DNA from: Patellaria atrata CBS 101060
Taxonomy: Eukaryota
DNA: 64,000 nucleotides
Assembly (NCBI GenBank): GCA_010093705.1
Contig: MU006089.1
Coordinates: forward strand, 1,366,455 to 1,430,454
Reading direction: 5' to 3'
Positions 25,368 to 38,306 of this stretch are shown here, piece after piece (within the stretch, counting starts at the first letter, position 1; the number at the start of each line of letters is the position of its first letter). A program made the position numbers and the translations under genes. The notes beneath the pieces are model-generated. The model was not told the origin of the DNA. It saw nothing but the letters and a program-made list of their open reading frames with translations, and did not search any database.

Positions 25368-26040
25368 TCTATCATGGAATAGGATAGTAAAAAGCAACCG
25401 ACGGATGTGCACAACTAAATCTCTTATCCTTGAAGTACCTCGCGAGGAAGGATTGAGAAGCATTGTCGGGTGGGAGATATATCCGCGACTGTGACGCCCT
25501 ATTATCGACATATGAGACTTATCAGAGGTTGGCTTGAGATTTACAATGGTTCCTCTCTAGTGGGACCAGAGACAAAAGAGTGACATTGAGAAGAGCATTA
25601 CTTCCAATAACCCCTCCGCTTACTGCTTACATGTACTTACCTTACATTAACTATCTATGTGTATTACTTCCCTGCATAGCTTACTGACGATGACCAGGGT
25701 GTAATCGTACTAAAAGGGAATCCAAGACCCCTTGCATAAAGCTTAGATCTACCCTAATTGTCAAAGTGTAAGGTAGTATTGAGTGACGGGTGTTTGTAAT
25801 AACTGATAGAAGCAGAAGTTTGTCCCTGCTACTTGACTGAATCTTCGTGGCCTTAGCTCTGCTCATCTGTTGTCTATTCACATGAAGATAACCCATATGT
25901 AAACTTGAAAATTAATGATAGAAAGTTTTATCATATATCCTAATAACTTCAACCTTCATATGGTCGAATATACCAAACTATTCTAATGACTACATATGTG
26001 ATGCATTAAATCTTCGAATGTCTTACCAGCCACCAGCCGA

Positions 26041-27130
26041 TTATCCCTTCAAGGTTCCAAGGAAACAATCTTTCACGAATGCAGCCTGCATTTCCAACAC
26101 ATCCTGAAACTCATTACCAGACAGAACAGTCAGGTGGCCTTTGCCCTTAGCAAGATACAGTTTCTTCGGCTGCGTAAACTCCTGGAAAGCGTCAATCTGC
26201 TCCTCTGGTGGGGACATCTTATCCAGCTCTGGAACAACCATCATGACCGGCATCGGTGCCACCAGACTTAACATCTCCTTCGGTTTCCAGACTGCCATCT
26301 TATAGTAGCTCTGTAGTGTGATCCTATTCACATAATTTGGTGGCGTATGATCGTCTAGATTACCCATGAATGTATACGCCTCTAGACCACCTGGACCTCC
26401 CGCTCCGGCCATTCCGATGGGATTTTCACCCTTGCTATTGAAGGGTGGGAGCGTGAAAGGAGAGTTTCCTCTGAGTTGAGAATGCCGGTCTTTCATAAGT
26501 TGCGCGGTGACTTTGGTCCAGCGATCAGGTTTGTAAAACTTAAAGATTGGGCACACCATAATTAGGGACTTAGCGCGTTTATCGAGTGCTGCGGTACACG
26601 CGCTGACGGTGGCGCCGAAAGACATGCCCCATAACGCAATGCGATTCGGGTCAACATTAGGTAGAGCGCTGACATGAGTGAGAATATCTGCTTAATGTCA
26701 GCCTTAGAGATACTATATAAAATTATAAGGGCCATTGTTGTGCGCAAAGAATGCCATATACTTCTTAGGTCACAATTAGGGAAGAGTAAATATTCATACC
26801 TGACAAGTCCTCAGCCTGTTGGTTAGGATCAATCTGATTGCGTGGACTCCCGTCACTGTCTCCGATGGAACGTGGATCATATATTACAACATTGTAACCT
26901 AAGGATTGAAATCCCTCAGCGACCTCTGGTAGCAACATTTCCTTGACACAATTGAACTAGATTCTTAATCAGTCTTCCTCTCTAGTATATATAATAGCTC
27001 AGTGGTTTCTTACACCTGGGGTCATGATGATGACGGGTGCTCGCCCGTCAACAGCGTACAGCCATCCCCTAAGTTTCAGGCCGTCTATAGTCTTGAATTC
27101 GACCTTCTGGTATCTTTTGGCGGGCGCCAT
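26041..27130 (-). CDS. Alpha/beta-hydrolase, polyketide transferase/release enzyme type (Af380/GrgF-like), three exons
   Basis: MAPAKRYQKVEFKTIDGLKLRGWLY..IIMTPG|FNCVKEM..YDPRSIGDSDGSPRNQIDP..|VDPNRIALWGMSFG (GxSxG nucleophile), PELD (acid), GKGHL (His). Confidence 0.88.
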
Positions 27131-28088
27131 TAGTGCCTAAGTGTTAGAGAATACTATATTATACTAAAGGGAAGAGAAATGTCACGAAAATACAGACGTG
27201 ACAGATAGAGAAATTCGCTGAACAGAAGTTCAAAAGCAAAGGTGAGTGTTGACCGAGGGTATGTGTCTATCATTGTATACGGTTAGTGGAACCAATATCA
27301 GAAAAGTATGATAGTTCTCGGCAACATTCAACACCCTGATGATGCCATATGGAACTGCCGCATCATATCGAGCATGATCTCGGACTAGGAATATCGTTAA
27401 CGTATCAGCTTCCATATTAAGGCACGAAAATAGGTTAACCCCGGAAAATGATTGCGTCCATAGCTGCCGTGTCATCAGCTTATGGTAATACAAATAGGTC
27501 AAATGCCACACGTAGTAATAGTGATTATTTAGCCGCATATAATTACCTGCTGGTGCCCCCCAATTAAGCTAGGAGGGTATAAGCCCTGCAGTTATAGTTG
27601 GTGCTCCTCTTTTACAGGATAGAATCCTTCAGGAATGCATCGCATATGACAGTAAGGTAGAATAATTTTGAAGTGAAAGACTGAAATGAGCAAATCATAT
27701 CAATAGCGTATTATATCTTTCCCCGCAAATTAGATTATAAATTATCATCCATGAGATGCAGCTTGGAAGTTCACTAAACTGTGTTATCCATAGAAGTCCG
27801 GTACCTTGACGACTATCTGAGCCATAATCGCTGACTAGCTAGTGCATGATTACTAGTAATAGGAGTACAGGGTTTCGTATACTTGAAATGAGTAAGAATC
27901 CAATTGGCGTAGATTTCCTGACTTTCCGGCGGCTCTTACTATCAATGAGGCTCTACGTATGGGACAAACTTCCGAGCAGACATGGACATGTTTGGGAATA
28001 GATAAATCATCTGTTCTCCTCAGTTTTCGAGTATCTACAGCACAACAGATTTTTGCGAACCGAGGAGGATCCCACACTGGAGGACTCA

Positions 28089-31000
28089 ATGGCAAATACC
28101 GCGGACGAATACCAACAGGAGCCGATAGCCATTGTTGGCATCGCCTGCCGTCTTCCAGGCGGTAGCACTTCTCCGCAGAAGCTCTGGGAGTTCCTTGAGA
28201 AAGGGGGTATCGCATCTAATAACGTCCCCGAGAACCGGTTTAACATCAGAGCGCATTATGATGGTTCTCACAAGCCAGGAACAATGCGCCCATTGGGGGG
28301 CATGTTCCTCGAAGATGTAGACCCGGCCGATTTCGACGCGTCATTCTTCGAAGTGTCGCGTATGGAGGCCATTTCTATGGACCCCAATCAACGTCAAATG
28401 TTAGAGGTGGTGTACGAGGGTTTGGAGAATGCTGGTATCACGCTAGAGACGATGAATGGAGCGCGTGTAGGATGCTTCGCAGCATCGTATGCTTCAGGTA
28501 GTTCTAAAATTTTCCTGAGCTGAACTGGTGAAAAATACGAAGTCAATTGCTGACCATAGGTTTCTACCAACAGATTATATGGATATGCAAAATAGGGATC
28601 CCTTGGATCGACCGGATAGTATCGTTGTCGGAGGAGGTCGTGCCATCTTGGCGAACAGACTGAGCCACTTCTTGAATATCAAAGGTCCGAGCATGACGAT
28701 TGATACGGCCTGCTCCGGTAGCTTAGTAGGAGTTGATGTTGCGGCGCGGTACCTCAAAAGTCGCGAAATAGACGCGGCAATCATTGCTGCCAGCAACTTA
28801 TATCTAAGTCCGGAACACGTGATGGACAGGGGTGGAGTTGGTGCCGCCCATTCCCCGACAGGGTTGTGTCACACTTTTGATATATCTGCGGACGGGTACG
28901 TGAAAGCTGAAGCTGTCAGCACTGTCATCCTCAAAAGATTGAACGACGCCATCAGAGACAAGGACCCCATTAGAGCCGTGATTCGAGGATCGGCGACGAA
29001 CAGTGATGGAAGGACTCCTGGTATTGCAAATCCCAGTTCAGAGGCTCAGGCCACTGCTATTCGCGATGCATACGCCCATGCTGGCATTACCAACTTTAAT
29101 GATACCGGATATCTCGAATGTCATGGCACCGGTACACAGGTAAATTCCCAGTTGAAAGACGAGTTCAGTTCGGCAAGGAATAAACTAATCATCATCTTCC
29201 AGGCCGGTGACCCTGCAGAGGTCGGTGGTATCAGTTCGGTATTTGCAGCAACACGGTCCGCAGACAACCCTCTCATCATCGGCTCGATTAAAAGCAACAT
29301 CGGCCACGCGGAACCTGGAGCAGGCATTTCTGGACTCATAAAGGCCATTTTCGCTATAGAAAAGGGCATTATCCCAGGAAACCCGACCTTTATAAATCCC
29401 AACCCCAAGATTGATTTCGCAGGCTGGAGAGTTAAGGCCTCCCGTACAGCGATTCCATGGCCTTCCTCAACTTCCATACGGCGTGCTAGTGTCAATTCTT
29501 TCGGCTATGGCGGGTCGAATTCGCATGTAGTTCTTGAGGAGCCTAAACTTGCTATTGGCTCGAACCATAAGTCTTCGTACATCGATGAGGATGACGATTT
29601 TCTGTCTGATGACGGGGAGTCCATCAGACCGTTCACACTCGTGTTTTCAGCCAATGATGAGCAGTCACTGCGGGCCAATGTTCGGACAATCAGCAATCAT
29701 CTCATCAATCCACGAGTCAAAGTCAGCTTGACAGATCTTGCATATACCCTGAGTGAGAGGAGGACGCAGCATTTCCACAGAGCTTATGTTGTTACGCGGG
29801 ACTTGCATCTAGATGAGAACGCATTTGTTTTCGGGAAAAAACATTCAGAGAAGCCGAGAGTAGGGTTCGTTTTTACGGGTCAGGGGGCGCAGTGGCCGCA
29901 GATGGGGAAAGATCTCCTGGAAATTTTTCCATCGGCAAGAGTACTTCTACAGGAGCTTGATCAGGTTCTCCAGAGACTTCCAGATCCACCCACGTGGTCA
30001 TTATTGAGTGAGTGAAGCTCGTTTCTTTCGATTCGTCTGCTAACAAACTCAGGCGAGCTTTCGGAGCCTCGAACAGCTGAGCATTTGCGACAACCTGAGT
30101 TTTCTCAGCCCCTAGTCACAGCACTGCAGTTAAGCGTCCTCTCTATCTTAGAAGAGTGGGGTATCCAACCTCACAGTGTTGTCGGCCACTCTTCTGGCGA
30201 AATAGCGGCTGCTTATGCGGCTGGATTTCTCTCCAAGGCTGATGCGATCAAGGCCGCTTTCTACAGAGGGCGCGCTGCTACGAACTGCGAAAGTGAAGGC
30301 GTACCGACAGTAGGTATGCTTGCAGTTGGAGTAGGAGCAGACACTCTAGCTCCGTACTTGCGTGATTACCAGGACTCCGCTTGGATTGCTTGCTACAATA
30401 GTCCTAGCAGCTTGACGATCTCAGGAAAGCTAACATCCCTAGAATCTTTGAAACGTGCTCTGCAGGCCGACAACCATTTCGTTCGGCTTCTGCAAGTCAA
30501 TCTCGCATATCACTCACAGTTAATGGATGACATCGGGAAAGAGTACGAACGATTACTAGACCAAAGCTTCGACCCACTCGGCGGCTCGAAAAGCATATTA
30601 ATGTTTTCTTCAGTCACTGGGAAAAGGATGAGTGAAACAGCTGATGCGCGTTACTGGAAAACTAATATGATTTCGCCCGTTCGATTCGATGAGGCTGTCA
30701 AAGAGATGGTTTCCGGTCAAGATGCTGCTAACTTCCTCGTCGAAATTGGTCCAAGCGGTGCCCTTGCAGGGCCAATTGCGCAGATAAAAAAGTCTATATC
30801 CAGCCTGGGAACCGACCTTACATACTGTGCGTCATGGTCAAGGGGCGCAGACGCCGCAACATCTATCTTCGATACGGCGGGCCGTCTGTTTGTTGGAGGT
30901 GGAGCCGTCTCCATGGCTAAGGTCAACCAGTATGAGCAGGGTGAGATTAAACCAGCTGTTATCATAGACCTTCCAAACTACATCTGGAACCACTCCACCA

Positions 31001-34000
31001 AGTACTGGCACGAGAATCACGTAAGCAAGGACTGGCGCTTCAAGAGATTTGTGCACCATGATCTACTTGGTAGCAAGATCATGGGAGCCTCGTGGGGTGC
31101 TCCATCCTTTAGGAGGCTTCTCAAACTTAAAGATGTTCCCTGGCTTAGAGACCACAAAGTGGGTACCGATGTGGTCATGCCCGGTGCTGGCTTCATCGCG
31201 ATGGCCGTCGAAGCCATCTACCAAATGAAACAGTCTATTGAACCGAATGAAAGCGTTAACTCTGTCAACGATTTATGCTACCAGTTTCGAAACGTGCGCT
31301 TTGACAAGGCGCTCGTAGTTGAAGAAGATAGGCAAGCTAACATAATGCTATCATTGACACAACAGCCCGGCAGCAAAGACTGGCACGAATTCAGTATAAC
31401 GTCTTCGACTGACGATGTTTTCATGCAACATTGTTACGGATCTGTCCGCACCGAGGAACCCGTCAAAGAATTTGCCCCCAAGTCTGTGTCGGATCCCCTC
31501 AAGTATCCCACTTCAGGCCAACAGTGGTACAAAGCTCATGATGAAGCTGGGTATGGATTTGGACCAGCATTTCAGAAGATTCTCAAAGTTGAGTCTAAGA
31601 GTGGGGATCGTCGCTGCCGCACATTATTATCATTGTCTGATCCTCCTTCAGAATGGGAACCCCAATCATCCTACCCTATTCATCCAGCTTCGCTTGACGG
31701 TTGCGTTCAGACAGTCACTGCGTCCCTCTGGGCTGGAGAGCGCAGCTCAATGAATGCGGTGCTAGTTCCCGCGATCATCGATGGACTTATTATTAACAAG
31801 GTTCGTCGTGGTCTCACTGAGGCTGTGTCCAGCGCTATTACAGAATACAGCGGTAGAGGACGTCCTGACGATCCCACGAGTTATTTCTCGAACACTTCTG
31901 TCTTTGACTCGAAGAGCGGGGAGTTTCTGATGCAAATATCTGGTATGCGTTATGCTAAGTTAGATACTGGCACTTCGAACTCCAATGAGGCCCATACCTT
32001 CGAACAGGTATCGTGGAAACCGGATATCACATTCTTGACTCAGGAGCAAATGATATATCTTCCCTCCAAGAACTCGGCCTCGAAGGTAGACCTCATCATC
32101 GACCTTATTTCGCACAAGAGACCAGCCCTGAAGGTATTGGAAGTCAATCTCGAGCCTGAAGACCTTTCCAGTATTTGGTTCGAACAAGGTGACGCTTCAG
32201 CCAGAGCGGCATATATTGAATACAGCCTTGCATCTTCAGATGCTAAAAACCTCATCAATATTCAGACAAAACATGATTCAAAAAGAAACACTACATTTAA
32301 CCTACTCAACACCTCCAAGGAAGGCCTTGGACTGCCACACGGGGTCTACGATCTTGCCATTGTAAAAGCTGGGAGCTCCTGGACCAGAGGCCTTTCAAAT
32401 GTCCTAAATAGTTTGAAATCCCTCCTTTTTGAGAAAAGCTATGTCGTATCCATCGTCTCAGGTCCTACTTCGGCAAGTTCGGAAACGGATTCGAGTGAGG
32501 TTACGATTGCTTCTGCAAGCCCGACAAACAAAAGCACTAGCGGCAGGGCCAGCCCAGATAGCTCAAACACAGAATACTCGGATCCTGGGGAAGTTGCCGA
32601 CGAAAAGATCAATGACTCAATAGAGCTCAAAGGAAGTACTTTTGCAACTATAGAAGAAATCATGTCGAGCGAGCAAAAGTTCGAGGGCCCTGTTAGCTTG
32701 GAACAACTTATGGCAGCACACGGGTTCAGTTCGATCTTAACCATCTCAGATACCTACGATCTTGCTGCAGTTGTATCAATTCCTGATATTAGTGATAAAG
32801 CATCATACTCTCCTCAAGCTCTTTGTGTTACTCGTCTCTCCAAGCAAACACCTCCGATGACTTTAGCCCTGAAAAAGACCTTAGAGAAATCCGGCTGGAA
32901 AATTACAGAGCACGTACATCCTTTCCATAATATCCCATCCCGAAGCACCCTTCTAATTCTGGATGAGCTTTCCGCTCCAGTTCTCTCACGAATCAATACT
33001 ACCCAATGGCAATCGCTCAAGAGTTTGATAACCACTGGGAACAACTTACTTTGGGTAACTAAGGGTTCGCAATATAATGTTACAGAGCCGGATAACGCAC
33101 TAGTTCACGGACTGTTTAGGACAATTCGCATGGAGGATCCAAATGCAAAACTCGCTACTTTGGATGTTCATTCGAGTACCAGTCCTGCAACCGCAGTTGC
33201 TATTGATTTAGTGCTCAAGTCTATTAGGAAAGATCAACCTAAGAATTTCGGGGAATTTGAATTTGTGGAACGACACGGTATTCTTTATATTCACCGACTG
33301 ATTCCCGATGAGCATATCAACAAGTTTAGGATGGATGAGAGACTGGGGGCTGAACCTGAAATCAAATCTTTACACGACGCCGAGGTGACGGTCATGCTCA
33401 GGGCTGAGCGTAAGGGTACAATTGATAGTCTTGAGTTCTGCGAAATAGCCATGACAGAGCTTCCAGTCGGAAATAACAGAGTAGAGGTTGAAGTTATCGC
33501 TGCCGGTGCAAATTTTAAAGTAAGTTCATCAGTTCCTAGATAAGGCTGTTATACTCACAAGTGGAAATAGGACGTCGCAGTGACAATGGGAATTGTTCCA
33601 GAAAATGAATTTACTCCTGGCTTAGAGGGCTCCGGTATTATTAAACGTCTTGGACCTGAAGTCAAAAAGTTAAAAATCGGAGATCGAGTTTGCTTTCTTA
33701 ATAATGGAAGCTTTGCCAATCGCGTTCAAGTACCTGTAGAACGTATACACCTCATCCCTGACTCAATGTCGTTTGAAGACGCAGCTTCAATTCCCTTAGT
33801 ATATCTGACCTCTATCTATTCTCTCTTCGATATTGGGAACCTACGAAAAGGCCAATCTATTTTGATACACTCGGCTGCTGGCGGGCTCGGCATAGCTTGT
33901 ATCCAACTCGCTCAGTATATAGGGGCTGAGATCTATATTACCGTAAGCACCGAGGACAAGCGCCAGTTCTTAGCAGACAACTATGGAATTGCTTATGAGC

Positions 34001-35703
34001 GTATGTTCTCATCCCGCACCACTAACTTCCGTAAAGAGATACTGGCCGCTACTAATGGACGTGGAGTTGACCTTATTGTGAATACTCTTACTGGCGAATT
34101 ACTTGACGAGTCATGGCGAGTTACTGCCGATGGAGGAACGATGGTGGAACTGGGCAAAAAAGATATAGTTGGTCGTAATCGATTGTCCATGGAACCCTTC
34201 GACCGCAACTGCTCGTTTAGGGCAGTGGACTTCTCATATACCAGAGACATCTCAGATCAGCTAATTTCAAGGTTGGCAATGCATACCTGTATCTCGTAGT
34301 TACATTGCTAATATGCTTCTCTATATGATCAGTCTTCTATCGCGAACATTTGAGCTGATCACAGGCGATCATGTCAAACCCATCCGCCCAATCACTACAT
34401 TTGGATTCGACGAAATTCGCTCTGCTTTGGCATATATTCGTAGTGGAAGACACATTGGAAAGATTGTGATCACGAATGGAGCGAATCCTTATGTTCAAGT
34501 TCCAATCAGGCCGGCAATCAGAGGGCTTTCCCTTCGTTCAGACGCCTCCTACTTGATAATTGGCGGTCTTAAAGGTCTCTGCGGCAACCTAGCAATTCAT
34601 ATGGCTATTCACGGTGCTAAATACATTATTGCTGTTTCACGTGGTGGTTTACAAGATGATGCGTCCAAGAAGGTTATTATGAACTGCGCGGCTTGGGGTT
34701 GTGAGGTCAAGGAAGCAAGAGGTGATGTTGCAGATTTTCAGTTCATGGATGGCGTATTCAAGAAGGCATCACCAGCTATCTCAGGCGTTATTCAAGGGGC
34801 CATGATACTACGGGTACGTAATCTGATCTTTTGAAAATTAACAATGCATTGACGAAACAGGACAAACCTTATGAAATTATGACGCTCGAGGAGTATCAGG
34901 CGGCCATCTTCAGCAAGGTCCAAGGCACATGGAATTTGCATAAAGTCACTCTAGAGCAGAAGCACCCACTTGACTTCTTCACTATGCTCTCTAGCATCTC
35001 TGGTATTATAGGCAAGAAAGGCCAATCCAACTATGCTGCAGCAAATACATTCCTCGATGCATTTGCCACGTATCGTAGGTCCCTTGGTCTCTGTGCTAAT
35101 GCGGTAGACCTTGGTCTCGTCGAGGACGTAGGTTACATTGCTGAGCAAGGGGGAATGGAAAGCCACTTCGATAAGACGCAATGGATCCCGATTCTCGAAG
35201 GTACTCTCCGCAAGATAATAACCTACTCGATCTTGCAGCAGACAGCGCCGATAAATAAGGTCAGCGGCGCGCAACTCGTCACGGGAATTGCCTTTCCCCT
35301 CCCCGATAACTCTGATCTGATCAGAGACGCTCGATTCGGATATCAGTTTGGGCAAAGTGCATCTACCGGTGGGGGGAAAGTAGGGAGCGACGGCGATCAG
35401 ACCATCCGTGCGTTCCTATTAATGCATAAGTCAGGGGCGGCCCGTCCCGCAATGGTCAAGATAGCCGTTGAGCTTATGAGCACGCAATTCAGCAGAATTC
35501 TTCGGCTGGAGAGCGAGATAGAGCCCGCGAAGCCGCCGATGGCATACGGGTTGGATTCTTTAGCGGCAGTTGAGCTCCGGAACTGGGTCAGGATGGAACT
35601 AAGCGCTGATCTTAGTACGCTGGACATCACCAACGCGAGCTCGCTGGTTGCGCTATGCGAGAAGCTTGTTTCCAAACTACCTGAAGCTGAAACTGCAAGC
35701 TAG
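28089..35703 (+). CDS. Highly reducing iterative type I PKS: KS-AT-DH-(degenerate MT)-ER-KR-ACP
   Basis: KS DTACSGS, ECHGTGT, NIGHAE. AT GHSSGE, LAYHS. DH LRDHKVGTDVVMPG, HPASLDG. MT-like region LKVLEVNLEP lacks GxGxG. ER LIHSAAGGLG. KR GGLKGLCG, LR|D, QSNYAAAN. ACP GLDSL. About six introns (~28498-28572, 29140-29202, 30008-30052, 33520-33570, 34272-34332, 34814-34860). No TE or R domain. Confidence 0.96.
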
Positions 35704-37098
35704 ACTAATATAGGTATCTCTATACTATCAATGAGACTACGATAAGGATCATGGAAATTTCGGGCGAGATACCGGTAGCGAAATCAACTTAGACCTCGGG
35801 TTGGCCAACTGGTGGGTGTCGAGTGTGCGTAGCATTGGGGTTGCCAGACTGTCTGCTTGACATTCAGCCGGAACAATGTTCCCCACAGAAATCGACGAGT
35901 ATGAGAAATCTGTGATTAGATATAGCAAACAATTGCTTTGATTTATCAGTAATTCTCATTTTGAAATTTTGCGGTGCAAAAGCGCGTCTGAGGGTGTGGT
36001 GGAATCCACCTACACAATCGGACGAGCACCCTCCAGATGAGTCTGATCGGCAAATGCTGTCTACAATAGGTTGGGGAATTGGTCGTATCTATGCAAAGAC
36101 GGATCGACTTCCAGGTAAGGTCAGATCAATGTTGTACAACAGTACCTTAATAAGCACTCCTTGAGGTGGAAAGCTCAAGTTTACAGTACCCAAAGTATCA
36201 CTTATTGTACATTACGTACGGACTACTACTGAGGTGTACTGTACTTGTACGTATGAGTAGCTTATTCGCACGGAACTGATGGCATTAGCTTAACCTGATC
36301 GATCGTTTGTGTTCACCAAAAAGTTATTATCTCTTCTCCATTTAATATTGCTGGACATGTACAAACGGTAGTCTCTAACAACGTGGGGGCAACACGTGGG
36401 GAAGGTGTGGCAATAGTTCTATCACAAGCACGGACTAGGACTAGAACTAGTTTGCTTAACTTCAATCATAATCCAACTGCAACACCAGCTCACATTGATT
36501 CTTACCCCTGAAAGAAGGTTTTCTCCCCGCGAGGTCTGATTTATTGTCAATGAACGGCGAGTACTTGCTACCGTAGAGCCCTAGCATATTATCATATTCA
36601 CCGATTGGGGAGCCGAGTATAGACTTAGAACCTATCAGATATACAGATGAAGGGATTACAGTACATACAGATCCTTACTGTACATATAGTTGATTTTCAT
36701 TCTTATCACTATGTGCAATATGTCTTGGGTCACCTAATGGAGCAGCAGCACTACAGTACTATGACCCATGATCGTAGGTAGATCTTGTTTCAAAAGATAG
36801 TCCTTCTTTGCCTTTCCCAAATTCTACTTTTCTTGCAGCTCCGCAGTGCCTCTGCTCAGCCTATCGGCGCTCTAGGAAAACGCCTCCAGTCTGAGAGCCG
36901 CGTTCAAACAGAACGGTATCTGATACCGGAAGGTGCTGTTGAAGTAGTGGCATTACTTTTGTACTCTGAGGTTCAGTTCTTTTTCTGTCGAATCGGTGCC
37001 GTGTGCTGGTGTATTTTGCCTCAACCCTTTCTTTTAGGATTCATAGATCCCCAATCAATGCATCAGATTGCGTCCCATAGGAAACGAAGGATTGTACT

Positions 37099-38306
37099 AT
37101 GGAACCCGAAGAGCCTTTACCCACTGACTCGGTGGAACGACGGAGGATACAAAATCGAAATGCTCAGCGCAAATTCCGTTGTAAGTGTTTTCGTATACAA
37201 CTGTAGAAGTATAGTACAATTACAAGTACCCTAACCACTTGTATTAACGACTCTGCTCTCCCCAAGACAAACGAAGCCTTGACAAAGCGGTTCAAGCCAG
37301 CCAGCAGGATTCGGCACCGAAAACCACGACTACGTCTATGAACGCGCTCGGGTCTGATTTATGGCATGTGCAAAATCATAGTCATCTAATGACAGAGGGT
37401 TTCGTCTCTTCCGACGGTCAGCTTCAAACCCCTTTCAGCTCCACAGATTTTCATGAAGCATTTCCCGCAAGCAGCACCACAATAGATGATTTCCGGTACC
37501 CCACACCCGAGGCAGAGGTCTGTATCCTCCCTGGATTCAACACGTCCGCCGTCCTCCCTTCACCTTCAATATTTCGAAATACTAGCCAAGAATCTCCCGT
37601 CGAAGCAGTAGGAGCTATATCTCCCATCAATGCCTCCCCACTAAATGACCTCACTCAAGTAAATCTCTCAACGTCTCCTCTTGATCATTATCATATAACT
37701 CATAATCGTCAAACTTGGCTGCCGTCTGGACATTCGACACATCTATTTACTCCAAGCGGGCTTCAGACTGGAAATTTGCAACAAACCGGTGTCTCTAACT
37801 CAGAACTTGATGCATACGTTAGGCATACGCTAGTTATAAATCGAGATTCTTCTAATTCTGCACTTCCTTTCGATGATTGGTTACACACTTTACATATAGC
37901 TGCACAGAAAGGTCACGATCGAATAGTGCGTATACTTTTAGAGAGAGATGTTGATATTCACGAAAAAGACAGTGCCGGTAAATCAGCATTACACTTTGCT
38001 GCAATGGAAGGGCATGAAGCAGTGGTGCGTTCGCTTCTTGCACATGGCGCTCGAGTTGACGAAGCTGACTTCGAGGGCCGTACGAGCCTTCATTGGGCAG
38101 TTCTCCGGCGTCATGAGAGCGTACTCAGGATACTCTTGGATCAGACGCGTTTGGATCACGGGTCGGGCATCGACATAGCCGATAACCATGGGTGGACGGC
38201 GCTGCATGCGGCAGTTGAGAAAGGCTTTGAGGCTGGCCTACAGTTACTACTACAGCATGGCGCCAATCATAAGATCAAGGCAAAAAGATGTACTAATTCT
38301 ATATAA
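37099..38306 (+). CDS. Basic-region plus ankyrin-repeat transcription factor (ToxE-like bANK type)
   Basis: Exon 1 (37099-37180) MEPEEPLPTDSVERRRIQNRNAQRKFR is a bZIP-type basic region not shown in the ORF track. Intron 37181-37266 joins it in frame to ORF 37338-38306, which has four ankyrin repeats (LHIAAQKGH, ALHFAAMEGH, SLHWAV, TALHAAVEKG). No clear leucine heptad follows the basic region. Confidence 0.85.

Noticed and set aside
16748..27515. Shared cluster promoter motif (RCGTGTAA at 16748 and 22077, weaker variants elsewhere) or a ToxE-type tox-box
   Set aside because: Only two good matches and degenerate others; not distinguishable from chance by eye.
36785..37234. 149-aa ORF with an apparent signal peptide
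   Set aside because: Starts at TTG and overlaps the real first exon of the ankyrin TF in another frame; most likely 5' UTR.
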